64,000 nt of DNA from Veleropilina oligotropha. Taxonomy: Eukaryota. Position 1 is the first letter of the stretch; every line of letters begins with the position of its first letter. The DNA lies in assembly GCA_048128005.1 (NCBI GenBank), contig JBEUKZ010000077.1, positions 1-64,000 of the forward strand, read 5' to 3'. The notes beneath the pieces were generated by a model that saw only the letters and a program-made list of their open reading frames with translations, did no database searches and was not told the origin of the DNA. Positions 12,401 through 27,400 of the stretch are shown here, one piece after another. Made by a program: the position numbers and the translations under genes.

Positions 12401-15400
12401 AATATTTGTAATTATTCTCAAGCTGACTTTGTGGTTATATAACGAAGAGATTTCTTAAGTTGTGTTTGGTTTGATGTTTAACGTCCCATTTATGACGTCC
12501 TTCACAGTCGTACCATGACGTGTCACGAAATGTTATGGACAACTGTGACTGTTCATTGAACGCAGGGTCCAGCCGAGGACTGGAACTCGCTACAGGCGAG
12601 CAAGTGTTGTGTACATTACACCAACATTGTGACCACTCGAACTCGCTACAGGCGAGCAAGTGTTGTGTACATTACACCAACATTGTGGCCACTCGAACTC
12701 GCTACAGGCGAGCAAGTGTTGTGTACATTACACCAACATTGTGGCCACTGGAACTCGCTACAGGCGAGCAAGTGTTGTGTACATTACACCAACATTGTGG
12801 CCACTCGAACTCGCTACAGGTGAGCAAGTGTTGTGTACATTACACCAACATTGTGGCCACTCGAACTCGCTACAGGCGAGCAAGTGTTGTGTATATTACA
12901 CCAACATTGTGGCCACTCGAACTCGCTACAGGTGAGCAAGTGTTGTGTACATTACACCAACATTGTGGCCACTCGAACTCGCTACAGGCGAGCAAGTGTT
13001 GTGTACATTACACCAACATTGTGGCCACTGGAACTCGCTACAGGCGAGCAAGTGTTGTGTACATTACACCAACATTGTGGCCACTCGAACTCGCTACAGG
13101 TGAGCAAGTGTTGTGTACATTACACCAACATTGTGGCCACTGGAACTCGCTACAGGCGAGCAAGTGTTGTGTACATTACACCAACATTGTGGCCACTCGA
13201 ACTCGCTACAGGCGAGCAAGTGTTGTGTACATTACACCAACATTGTGGCCAATCGAACTCGCTACAGGCGAGCAAGTGTTGTGTACATTACACCAACATT
13301 GTGGCCACTGGAACTCGCTACAGGCGAGCAAGTGTTGTGTACATTACACCAACATTGTGGCCACTGGAACTCGCTACAGGCGAGCAAGTGTTGTGTACAT
13401 TACACCAACATTGTGGCCACTCGAACTTGCTACAGGCGAGCAAGTGTGTGTACACCAACATTGTGGCCACTCGAACTCGCTACAGGCGAGCAAGTGTTGT
13501 GTACATTACACCAACATTGTGGCCACTCGAACTTGCTACAGGCGAGCAAGTGTTGTGTACATTACACCAACATTGTGGCCACTGGAACTCGCTACAGGCG
13601 AGCAAGTGTTGTGTACATTACACCAACATTGTGGCCACTCGAACTTGCTACAGGTGAGCAAGTGTTGTGTACATTACACCAACATTGTGGCCACTGGAAC
13701 TCGCTACAGGCGAGCAAGTGTTGTGTACATTACACCAACATTGTGGCCACTCGAACTCGCTACAGGCGAGCAAGTGTTGTGTACATTACACCAACATTGT
13801 GGCCACTGGAACTCGCTACAGGCGAGCAAGTGTTGTGTACATTACACCAACATTGTGGCCACTCGAACTCGCTACAGGCGAGCAAGTGTTGTGTACATTA
13901 CACCAACATTGTGGCCACTCGAACTCGCTACAGGCGAGCAAGTGTTGTGTACATTACACCAACATTGTGGCCACTGGAACTCGCTACAGGTGAGCAAGTG
14001 TTGTGTACATTACACCAACATTGTGGCCACTCGAACTCGCTACAGGCGAGCAAGTGTTGTGTACATTACACCAACATTGTGGCCACTGGAACTCGCTACA
14101 GGCGAGCAAGTGTTGTGTACACTACACCAACATTGTGGCCACTCGAACTCGCTACAGGCGAGCAAGTGTTGTGTACATTACACCAACATTGTGGCCACTC
14201 GAACTCGCTACAGGCGAGCAAGTGTTGTGTACATTACACCAACATTGTGGCCACTCGACCTCGCTACAGGCGAGCAAGTGTTGTGTACATTACACCAACA
14301 TTGTGGCCACTGGAACTCGCTACAGGCGAGCAAGTGTTGTGTACATTACACCAACATTGTGGCCACTCGAACTCGCTACAGGCGAGCAAGTGTTGTGTAC
14401 ATTACACCAACATTGTGGCCACTGGAACTCGCTACAGGCGAGCAAGTGTTGTGTACATTACACCAACATTGTGGCCACTCGAACTCGCTACAGGCGAGCA
14501 AGTGTTGTGTACATTACACCAACATTGTGGCCACTCGAACTTGCTACAGGTGAGCAAGTGTTGTGTACATTACACCAACATTGTGGCCACTGGAACTCGC
14601 TACAGGCGAGCAAGTGTTGTGTACATTACACCAACATTGTGGCCACTCGAACTCGCTACAAGCGAGCAAGTGTTGTGTACATTACACCAACATTGTGGCC
14701 ACTCGAACTCGCTACAGGCGAGCAAGTGTTGTGTACATTACACCAACATTGTGGCCACTGGAACTCGCTACAGGCGAGCAAGTGTTGTATACATTACACC
14801 AACATTGTGGCCACTGGAACTCGCTACAGGCGAGCAAGTGTTGTGTACATTACACCAACATTGTGGCCACTCGAACTCGCTACAGGCGAGCAAGTGTTGT
14901 ATACATTACACCAACATTGTGGCCACCGGAACGCGCTACAGGCGAGCAAGTGTTGTGTACATTACACCAACATTGTGGCCACTCGAACTCGCTACAGGCG
15001 AGCAAGTGTTGTGTACATTACACCAACATTGTGGCCACTGGCAGTGATTTGCAATGAATTAGCTTATTCATGCAAACATTTCACTATAATTTTTCTCCTG
15101 CATTTGTTCTTTATACTCTTATAACAAATGGGTTTGAGTATACGACTACGTGCGTTAAAGTTATAGGTCCTGTGATGCACTAATCTCTAATGTTGATAAA
15201 GTCATTACGTTTGGTTGATCACAAATTCTGTAATTCACCAAATTCACCATCAGGCCTTACACCCCCATGCCAAGTGGTATCGCCCGTAGCCTGCCGTGTT
15301 ACCGAGAGAGGTCAGGCAAATGCATAGAGTTTCAGAGAGCGGAATTGCAGTTTTAAGTATCAGATGTGTAATATTTTAAATGACACTAGAAGAAAATATA

Positions 15401-18400
15401 TATAAAGCATATATTTTAACTTATATTTCAGGATGACATATCTGGGGATTATCAGAAGATCATCCTGTCCCTGGTTACAGGTGGGCCGCCACCAGAAAAG
15501 AGCGCAAAATGTGAGTAAACCCTGACACAGACCATAATCAGGCCAAAGTGTATTGAGGGGCAATTTTTTTAGTTTGCTATACGTGCAATAGATTCATAGA
15601 TAGAGCTTACCATGTGCACAGCTATACCCAAGCAATCCATTCCTGTAATGGAGTCTCACACATCAAGCTAGAACAAATACCCAGCCCAAACAAGCTGCGT
15701 ACATACGTACCAGGCAGATGCATACACTCTACACCATACCAGGCAGATGCATACACTCTACCCCATACCAGGCAGATGCATACACTCTACACCATACCAG
15801 GCAGCTGCATACACTCTACACCATACCAGGCAGATGCATACACCAGACCAGGCAGATGCATACACTCTACACCGTACCAGGCAGATGCATACACTCTACA
15901 CCGTACCAGGCAGATGCATACACTCTACACCATACCAGGCAGATGCATACACTCTACACCATACCAGGCAGATGCATACACTCTACACCATACCAGGCAG
16001 ATGCATACACTCTACACCATACCAGGCAGATGCATACACTCTACACCATACCAGGCAGATGCATACACTCTACACCATACCAGGCAGATGCATACACCAG
16101 ACCAGGCAGATGCATACACTCTACACCATACCAGGCAGATGCATACACTCTACACCATACCAGGCAGATGCATACACTCTACACCGTACCAGGCAGATGC
16201 ATACACTCTACACCAGACCAGGCAGATGCACACACTCAGGCAGATGCATACACTCTACACCGTACCAGGCGGATGCATACACTCTACACCATACCAGACA
16301 GATGCATACACTCTACACCGTACCAGGCAGATGCATACACTCTACACCGTACCAGACAGATGCATACACTCTACACCGTACCAGGCAGATGCATACACTC
16401 TACACCATACCAGGCAGATGCACACACTCAGGCAGATGCATACACTCTACACGGTACCAGGCAGATGCATACACTCTACACCGTACCAGACAGATGCATA
16501 CACTCTACACCGTACCAGGCCGATGCATACACTCTACACCGTACCAGGCAGATGCATACACTACTCCATACCAGGCAGATGCATACACTCTACACCGTAC
16601 CAGGCAGATGCATACACTCTACACCGTACCAGGCCGATGCATACACTCTACACCGTACCAGGCCGATGCATACACTCTACACCGTACCAGGCCGATGCAT
16701 ACACTACTCCATACCAGGCAGATGCATACACTACTCCATACCAGGCAGATGCATACACTCTACACCATACCAGGCAGATGCATACACTCTACACCATACC
16801 AGGCAGATGCATACACTCTACACCATACCAGGCAGATGCATACACTCTACACCGTACCAGGCAGATGCATACACTCTACACCAGACCAGGCAGATGCATA
16901 CACTCTACACCGTACCAGGCAGATGCATACACTCTACACCGTACCAGGCAGATGCATACACTCTACACCGTACCAGGCAGATGCATACACTCTACACCGT
17001 ACCAGGCAGATGCATACACTCTACTCCGTACCAGGCCGATGCATACACTCTACACCGTACCAGGCAGATGCATACACTCTACACCATACCAGGCAGATGC
17101 ATACACTCTACTCCATACCAGGCAGATGCATACACTCTACACCGTACCAGGCAGATGCATACACTCTACACCGTACCAGGCAGATGCATACACTCTACAC
17201 CGTACCAGGCAGATGCATACACTCTACTCCGTACCAGGCAGATGCATACACTCTACTCCGTACCAGGCAGATGCATACACTCTACTCCGTACCAGGCAGA
17301 TGCATACACTCTACACCGTACCAGGCAGATGCATACACTCTACTCCGTACCAGGCAGATGCATACACTCTACACCGTACCAGGCAGATGCATACACTCTA
17401 CACCGTACCAGGCAGATGCATACACTCTACACCATACCAGGCAGATGCATACACCAGACCAGGCAGATGCATACACTCTACACCATACCAGGCAGATGCA
17501 TACACTCTACACCGTACCAGGCAGATGCATACACTCTACACCGTACCAGGCAGATGCATACACTCTACACCGTACCAGGCAGATGCATACACTCTACACC
17601 GTACCAGGCAGATGCATACACTCTACACCGTACCAGGCAGATGCATACACTCTACACCGTACCAGGCAGATGCATACACTCTACACCATACCAGGCAGAT
17701 GCATACACTCTACACCGTACCAGGCAGATGCATACACTCTACACCATACCAGGCAGATGCATACACTCTACACCGTACCAGGCAGATGCATACACTCTAC
17801 ACCAGACCAGGCAGATGCATACACTCTACACCGTACCAGGCAGATGCATACACTCTACACCGTACCAGGCAGATGCATACACTCTACACCGTACCAGGCA
17901 GATGCATACACTCTACACCGTACCAGGCAGATGCATACACTCTACTCCGTACCAGGCCGATGCATACACTCTACACCGTACCAGGCAGATGCATACACTC
18001 TACACCGTACCAGGCAGATGCATACACTCTACACCGTACCAGGCAGATGCATACACTCTACACCGTACCAGGCAGATGCATACACTCTACACCGTACCAG
18101 GCAGATGCATACACTCTACACCATACCAGGCAGATGCATACACTCTACACCATACCAGGCAGATGCATACACTCTACACCATACCAGGCAGATAAATACA
18201 CTCTACACCAGACCAGGCAGATGCATACACTCTACACCGTACCAGGCAGATGCATACACTCTACACCATACCAGGCAGATGCATACACTCTACACCATAC
18301 CAGGCAGATGCATACACTCTACTCCAGACCAGGCAGATGCATACACTCAGGCAGATGCATACACTCTACACCATACCAGGCAGATGCATACACTCTACAC

Positions 18401-21400
18401 CGTACCAGGCAGATGCACACACTCTACAACGTACCAGACAGATGCCTACACTCTACTCCATACCAGGCAGATGCATACACTCTACACCATACCAGGCAGA
18501 TGCATACACTCTACACCGTACCAGGCAGATGCATACACTCTACACCGTACCAGGCAGATGCATACACTCTACACCGTACCAGGCAGATGCATACACTCTA
18601 CACCGTACCAGGCCGATGCATACACTCTACACCAGACCAGGCAGATGCATACACTCTACACCGTACCAGGCAGATGCATACACTCTACACCGTACCAGGC
18701 AGATGCATACACTCTACACCATACCAGGCAGATGCATACACTCTACACCATACCAGGCAGATGCATACACTCTACACCGTACCAGGCAGATGCATACACT
18801 CTACACCGTACCAGGCAGATGCATACACTCTACACCGTACCAGGCAGATGCATACACTCTACACCGTACCAGGCAGATGCACACACTCAGGCAGATGCAT
18901 ACACTCTACACCGTACCAGGCAGATGCATACACTCTACACCATACCAGGCAGATGCATACACTCTACTCCGTACCAGGCAGATGCATACACTCTACACCA
19001 GACCAGGCAGATGCATACACTCTACACCGTACCAGGCAGATGCATACACTCTACACCGTACCAGGCAGATGCATACACTCTACACGGTACCAGGCAGATG
19101 CCTACACTCTACACCGTACCAGGCAGATGCATACACTCTACACCGTACCAGGCAGATGCATACACTCTACACCGTACCAGGCAGATGCATACACTCTACA
19201 CCGTACCAGGCAGATGCATACACTCTACACCATACCAGGCAGATGCATACACTCTACTCCGTACCAGGCAGATGCATACACTCTACACCAGACCAGGCAG
19301 ATGCATACACTCTACACCATACCAGGCAGATGCATACACTCTACACCGTACCAGGCAGATGCATACACTCTACACCGTACCAGGCAGATGCATACACTCT
19401 ACACCGTACCAGGCAGATGCATACACTCTACACCGTACCAGGCAGATGCATACACTCTACACCATACCAGGCAGATGCATACACTCTACTCCGTACCAGG
19501 CAGATGCATACACTCTACACCGTACCAGGCAGATGCATACACTCTACACCATACCAGGCAGATGCATACACTCTACACCAGACCAGGCAGATGCATACAC
19601 TCTACACCGTACCAGGCCGATGCATACACTCTACACCAGACCAGGTAGATGCATACACTCTACTCCATACCAGGCAGATGCATACACTCTACACCGTACC
19701 AGGCAGATGCATACACTCTACACCGTACCAGGCAGATGCATACACTCTACACCGTACCAGGCAGATGCATACACTCTACACCGTACCAGGCAGATGCATA
19801 CACTCTACACCGTACCAGGCAGATGCACACACTCAGGCAGATGCATACACTCTACACCGTACCAGGCAGATGCATACACTCTACACCGTACCAGGCAGAT
19901 GCACACACTCAGGCAGATGCATACACTCTACACCGTACCAGGCAGATGCATACACTCTACACCGTACCAGGCAGATGCATACAATCTACACCGTACCAGG
20001 CAGATGCATACACTCTACACCAGACCAGGCAGATGCATACACTCTACACCAGACCAGGCAGATGCATACACTCTACACCATACCAGACAGATGCATACAC
20101 TCTACACCGTACCAGGCAGATGCATACACTCTACACCGTACCAGGCCGATGCATACACTCTACACCAGACCAGGCAGATGCATACACTCTACACCAGACC
20201 AGGCAGATGCATACACTCTACACCATACCAGACAGATGCATACACTCTACACCGTACCAGGCAGATGCATACACTCTACACCATACCAGGCCGATGCATA
20301 CACTCTACACCAGACCAGGCAGATGCATACACTCTACACCGTACCAGGCCGATGCATACACTCTACACCAGACCAGGCAGATGCATACACTCTACACCGT
20401 ACCAGGCAGATGCATACACTCTACACCGTACCAGGCAGATGCATACACTCTACACCAGACCAGGCAGATGCATACACTCTACACCAGACCAGGCAGATGC
20501 ATACACTCTACACCATACCAGACAGATGCATACACTCTACACCGTACCAGGCAGATGCATACACTCTACACCGTACCAGGCCGATGCATACACTCTACAC
20601 CAGACCAGGCAGATGCATACACTCTACACCGTACCAGGCAGATGCATACACTCTACTCCATACCAGGCAGATGCATACACTCTACACCGTACCAGGCAGA
20701 TGCACACACTCTACACCGTACCAGGCAGATGCACACACTCTACACCGTACCAGGCAGATGCACACACTCAGGCAGATGCATACACTCTACACCGTACCAG
20801 GCAGATGCATACACTCTACACCGTACCAGGCAGATGCATACACTCTACACCGTACCAGGCAGATGCACACACTCAGGCAGATGCATACACTCTACACCGT
20901 ACCAGGCAGATGCATACACTCTACACCGTACCAGGCAGATGCATACAATCTACACCGTACCAGGCCGATGCATACACTCTACACCAGACCAGGCAGATGC
21001 ATACACTCTACACCGTACCAGGCAGATGCATACACTCTACACCGTACCAGGCAGATGCATACACTCTACACCGTACCAGGCCGATGCATACACTCTACAC
21101 CGTACCAGGCCGATGCATACACTCTACACGGTACCAGGCAGATGCATACACTCTACACCGTACCAGGCAGATGCATACACTCTACACCATACCAGGCAGA
21201 TGCATACACTCTACACCATACCAGGCAGATGCATACATTATACACGGTACCAGGCAGATGCATACACTCTACACCATACCAGGCAGATGCATACACTCTA
21301 CACCGTACCAGGCAGATGCATACACTCTACACCGTACCAGGCAGATGCATACACTCTACACCATACCAGGCAGATGCATACACTCTACACCATACCAGGC

Positions 21401-24400
21401 AGATGCATACACTCTACACCGTACCAGGCAGATGCATACACTCTACACCATACCAGGCAGATGCATACACTCTACACCGTACCAGGCAGATGCATACACT
21501 CTACACCAGACCAGGCAGATGCATACACTCTACACCAGACCAGGCAGATGCATACACTCTACACCGTACCAGGCAGATGCATACACTCTACACCATACCA
21601 GGCAGATGCATACACTCTACACCGTACCAGGCAGATGCATACACTCTACACCAGACCAGGCAGATGCATACACTCTACACAGTACCAGGCAGATGCATAC
21701 ACTCTACACCAGACCAGGCAGATGCATACACTCTACACCATACCAGGCAGATGCATACACTCTACACCATACCAGGCAGATGCATACACTCTACACCAGA
21801 CCAGGCAGATGCATACACTCTACACCGTACCAGGCAGATGCATACACTCTACACCGTACCAGGCAGATGCATACACTCTACACCGTACCAGGTAGATGCA
21901 TACACTCTACACCATACCAGGCAGATGCATACACTCTACACCGTACCAGGTAGATGCATACACTCTACACCATACCAGGCAGATGCATACACTCTACACC
22001 GTACCAGGCAGATGCATACACTCTACACCATACCAGGCAGATGCATACACTCTACACCGTACCAGGTAGATGCATACACTCTACACCATACCAGGCAGAT
22101 GCATACACTCTACACCGTACCAGGTAGATGCATACACTCTACACCATACCAGGCAGATGCATACACTCTACACCATACCAGGCAGATGCATACACTCTAC
22201 ACCGTACCAGGCAGATGCATACACTCTACACCATACCAGGCCGATGCATACACTCTACACCGTACCAGGTAGATGCATACACTCTACACCGTACCAGGCA
22301 GATGCACACACTCTACACCGTACCAGGCAGATGCATACACTCTACACCATACCAGGCAGATGTATACACTCTACACCATACCAGGCAGATGCATACACTC
22401 TACACCGTACCAGGTAGATGCATACACTCTACACCGTACCAGGCAGATGCACACACTCTACACCATACCAGGCAGATGCATACACTCTACACCGTACCAG
22501 GCAGATGCATACACTCTACTCCATACCAGGCAGATGCATACACTCTACACCATACCAGGCAGATGCACACACTCTACACCATACCAGGCAGATGCATACA
22601 CTCTACACCATACCAGACAGATGCCTACACTCTACACCGTACCAGGCAGATGCATACACTCTACACCGTACCAGGCAGATGCACACACTCAGGCAGATGC
22701 ATACACTCTACACCATACCAGGCAGATGCATACACTCTACACCATACCAGGCAGATGCATACACTCTACACCGTACCAGGCAGATGCATACACTCTACAC
22801 CGTACCAGGCAGATGCACACACTCAGGCAGATGCATACACTCTACACCGTACCAGGCAGATGCACACACTCAGGCAGATGCATACACTCTACACCATACC
22901 AGGCAGATGCATACACTCTACACGGTACCAGGCAGATGCATACACTCTACTCCGTACCAGGCAGATGCATACACTCTACACCATACCAGGCAGATGCATA
23001 CACTCTACTCCGTACCAGGCAGATGCATACACTCTACACCATACCAGGCAGATGCATACACTCTACACCGTACCAGGCAGATGCATACACTCTACACCGT
23101 ACCAGGCAGATGCATACACTCTACACCGTACCAGGCAGATGCATACACTCTACACCGTACCAGGCAGATGCATACACTCTACACCGTACCAGGCAGATGC
23201 ATACACTCAGGCAGATGCATACACTCTACACCGTACCAGGCAGATGCATACACTCTACACCGTACCAGGCAGATGCACACACTCAGGCAGATGCATACAC
23301 TCTACACCGTACCAGGCAGATGCATACACTCTACACCGTACCAGGCAGATGCATACAATCTACACCGTACCAGGCAGATGCATACACTCTACACCAGACC
23401 AGGCAGATGCATACACTCTACACCAGACCAGGCAGATGCATACACTCTACACCATACCAGACAGATGCATACACTCTACACCATACCAGGCAGATGCCTA
23501 CACTCTACACCATACCAGGCAGATGCATACACTCTACTCCATACCAGGCAGATGCATACACTCTACACCGTACCAGGCAGATGCATACACTCTACACGGT
23601 ACCAGGCCGATGCATACACTCTACACCATACCAGGCAGATGCATACACTCTACACCGTACCAGGCAGATGCATACACTCTACACCGTACCAGGCAGATGC
23701 ATACACTCTACACCGTACCAGGCCGATGCATACACTCTACACCAGACCAGGCAGATGCATACACTCTACACCATACCAGGCAGATGCATACACTCTACAC
23801 CATACCAGACAGATGCATACACTCTACACCGTACCAGGCCGATGCATACACTCTACACCAGACCAGGCAGATGCATACACTCTACACCGTACCAGGCAGA
23901 TGCATACACTCTACACCATACCAGGCAGATGCATACACTCTACACCGTACCAGGCAGATGCATACACTCTACACCATACCAGGCAGATGCATACACTCTA
24001 CACCGTACCAGGCAGATGCACACACTCAGGCAGATGCATACACTCTACACCGTACCAGGCAGATGCATACACTCTACACCGTACCAGGCAGATGCATACA
24101 ATCTACACCGTACCAGGCAGATGCATACACTCTACACCAGACCAGGCAGATGCATACACTCAGGCAGATGCATACACTCTACACCGTACCAGGCAGATGC
24201 ATACACTCTACACCGTACCAGGCAGATGCACACACTCAGGCAGATGCATACACTCTACACCGTACCAGGCAGATGCATACAATCTACACCGTACCAGGCA
24301 GATGCATACACTCTACACCAGACCAGGCAGATGCATACACTCTACACCATACCAGACAGATGCATACACTCTACACCGTACCAGGCCGATGCATACACTC

Positions 24401-27400
24401 TACACCAGACCAGGCAGATGCATACACTCTACACCATACCAGACAGATGCATACACTCTACACCGTACCAGGCAGATGCATACACTCTACACCATACCAG
24501 GCAGATGCATACACTCTACACCGTACCAGGTAGATGCATACACTCTACACCGTACCAGGCCGATGCATACACTCTACACCATACCAGGCAGATGCATACA
24601 CTCTACACCGTACCAGGTAGATGCATACACTCTACACCGTACCAGGCCGATGCATACACTCTACACCGTACCAGGCAGATGCATACACTCTACACCGTAC
24701 CAGGCCGATGCATACACTCTACACGGTACCAGGCCGATGCATACACTCTACACGGTACCAGGCAGATGCATACACTCTACACCGTACCAGGCAGATGCAT
24801 ACACTCTACACCATACCAGGCAGATGCATACACTCTACACCGTACCAGGCAGATGCATACACTCTACACCGTACCAGGCAGATGCATACACTCTACACCA
24901 GACCAGGCAGATGCATACACGCTACACCGTACCAGGCAGATGCATACACTCTACACCGTACCAGGCAGATGCATACACTCTACACCGTACCAGGCAGATG
25001 CATACACTCTACACCAGACCAGGCAGATGCATACACTCTACACGGTACCAGGCAGATGCATACACTCTACACCAGACCAGGCAGATGCATACACTCTACA
25101 CCATACCAGGCAGATGCATACACTCTACACCATACCAGGCAGATGCATACACTCTACACCATACCAGGCAGATGCATACACTCTACACCATACCAGGCAG
25201 ATGCATACACTCTACACCATACCAGGCAGATGCATACACTCTACACGGTACCAGGCAGATGCATACACTCTACCCCATACCAGGCAGATGCATACACTCT
25301 ACACCAGACCAGGCAGATGCATACACTCTACACCGTACCAGGCAGATGCATACACTCTACACCGTACCAGACAGATGCATACACTCTACACCAGACCAGG
25401 CAGATGCATACACTCTACACCATACCAGGCAGATGCATACACTCTACACCAGACCAGGCAGATGCATACACTCTACACCATACCAGGCAGATGCATACAC
25501 TCTACACCGTACCAGGCAGATGCATACACTCTACTCCATACCAGGCAGATGCATACACTCTACACCATACCAGGCAGATGCATACACTCTACACCAGGCC
25601 AGGCAGATGCATACACTCTACACCGTACCAGGCAGATGCATACACTCTACACCATACCAGGCAGATGCATACACTCTACACCATACCAGGCAGATGCATA
25701 CACTCTACACCATACCAGGCAGATGCATACACTCTACACCATACCAGGCAGATGCATATACTCTACACCAGACACCAATTCCATGTTTTAAGGGGTTACA
25801 GCTTGCAATTTATAATAAATTTTCATGGTTTGTGTAACAGATAATACACTGACACCCCTTGGCGATATACACGTGACACTCTTCATTATCGCTCGACTTG
25901 TTATGTGTATATAGCGCTCGGGATAGCAGTGTATTATCTATCACAGAAATGTAAAGTCGGTTTGTGCTGTTTTGTTGTTGCATTTATTTTCACATTTTGA
26001 CACCTCGTTGGAGAGTTATGGACAAAGTCTGGGAGTTGAGGACTGAAACTTGCTCCTACTAGCAGCGCATTCAATATGAGAGAATTGGAGCGATGCTCTT
26101 ACCCACTCATCTACCCTACTTCGTTACACCATACCGTGCAAGTTCATACAAGTTTAAATTTAAATGCTGGTAATCTTACACTAAAAAACATGTTTTAGTA
26201 CTTACATAATTAGGAAACATTTTATTTCAGCTGGAAAAGCATTTGTGGAAGCAACTCGGGCTAAGACAGATGAGCAACTTGATGAAGACGTCAAAATGGA
26301 AACAGAAAACATTCAGGTGCTTTACTGTTCTTATCATAGATCTGCCTGTTGATTATTTCGTTCATTTCACTATTAGTAGACCAGCCGTGTGTTCAGATCG
26401 ACTTTCCAGCAAAACTTTTTCAAAAGAGTTTTGCACGCTTTAAGAACTCTCTTTGGTGTTGAAAACGTTTTCCAAAATGGCCGAATATTGACTTGATTTA
26501 CCGATCAACGAATGTGCTAATGATAACACCTTTACGCCTGCCAATCCATCAATTAGGAAGCTTCCATGCTAATAGAGCTGGTCCGTGTTTATCACTACGG
26601 GACACATCAATCCGTGTCGAAGGCTATATATTGACACTTTCGTCCCGTATTTCCGAAATTTTGATTAAATAAATAAAATTATTATAGAACTTCAAAACAA
26701 CAACATCGACAATTCTTGTAAAATCCTATTGTTAGTACAACTATCAACTATAAATAACGACATACGGTATAAAATTGTTTTCTTTCGTGTCACCAGCTGC
26801 TGCTTGACTTATCGGTCATATCATTGTTTACATAATATTTTCATATATTCCAATGCAAATCGCTGAATTGCGTAGTTATCTGCCCTTGCTAGAATTTGTC
26901 GAATACAGCATATACACAAGTGGTAAAGCACCATATGCTATCAGTAGAAATTTTAAATTAAATTATTTTCTTCACAATTTACATATTATTTCGATTAAGA
27001 CTCTGATTAATAGTTTGTGACTCCCAAATGCATCCAATGTCGCAAAATAAATTTGACATTCAGTCCTTTATTCACAGTTGGTCTTTCGCCCGCCATCTTG
27101 GTCACACGGCGTGTAACCTGTGAAGATTGCATGCCGTGTGCAAAACGTTTTCAGAAAGCGCTCTGCTAGTCGAACGACAAAATGCAAAACGTTTTGCATC
27201 CTGAATCAACTGAAGTCTTAACAATGCATTATTTGTTAATAAATGCACTTTAGTATGAAGAATGTTATTATCCAACATAAAAATGTAATATGTAAATCAG
27301 AGTCAACTCTAGAAAGCAGAGGATTTGAAACCCACTCTGGTGAAGCAGTGCAGTCAAGCCAGCACTAACGACGTTGTTCTGTATTTATTCCTTACATTTG

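Noticed and set aside
12520..15124. Cys/His-rich ORFs; possible CRISPR-like array
   Set aside because: Pure 56-bp tandem repeat with no unique spacers, no cas genes, and a eukaryotic context
15614..25844. ORFs of up to 2068 aa in all three plus frames
   Set aside because: Translation of a stop-free 29-bp satellite; the unit is not a multiple of 3 and lies in an intron
26375..27215. Possible DNA-transposon remnant with degenerate inverted ends (gttttgcac / gtgcaaaac)
   Set aside because: Termini too degenerate to define
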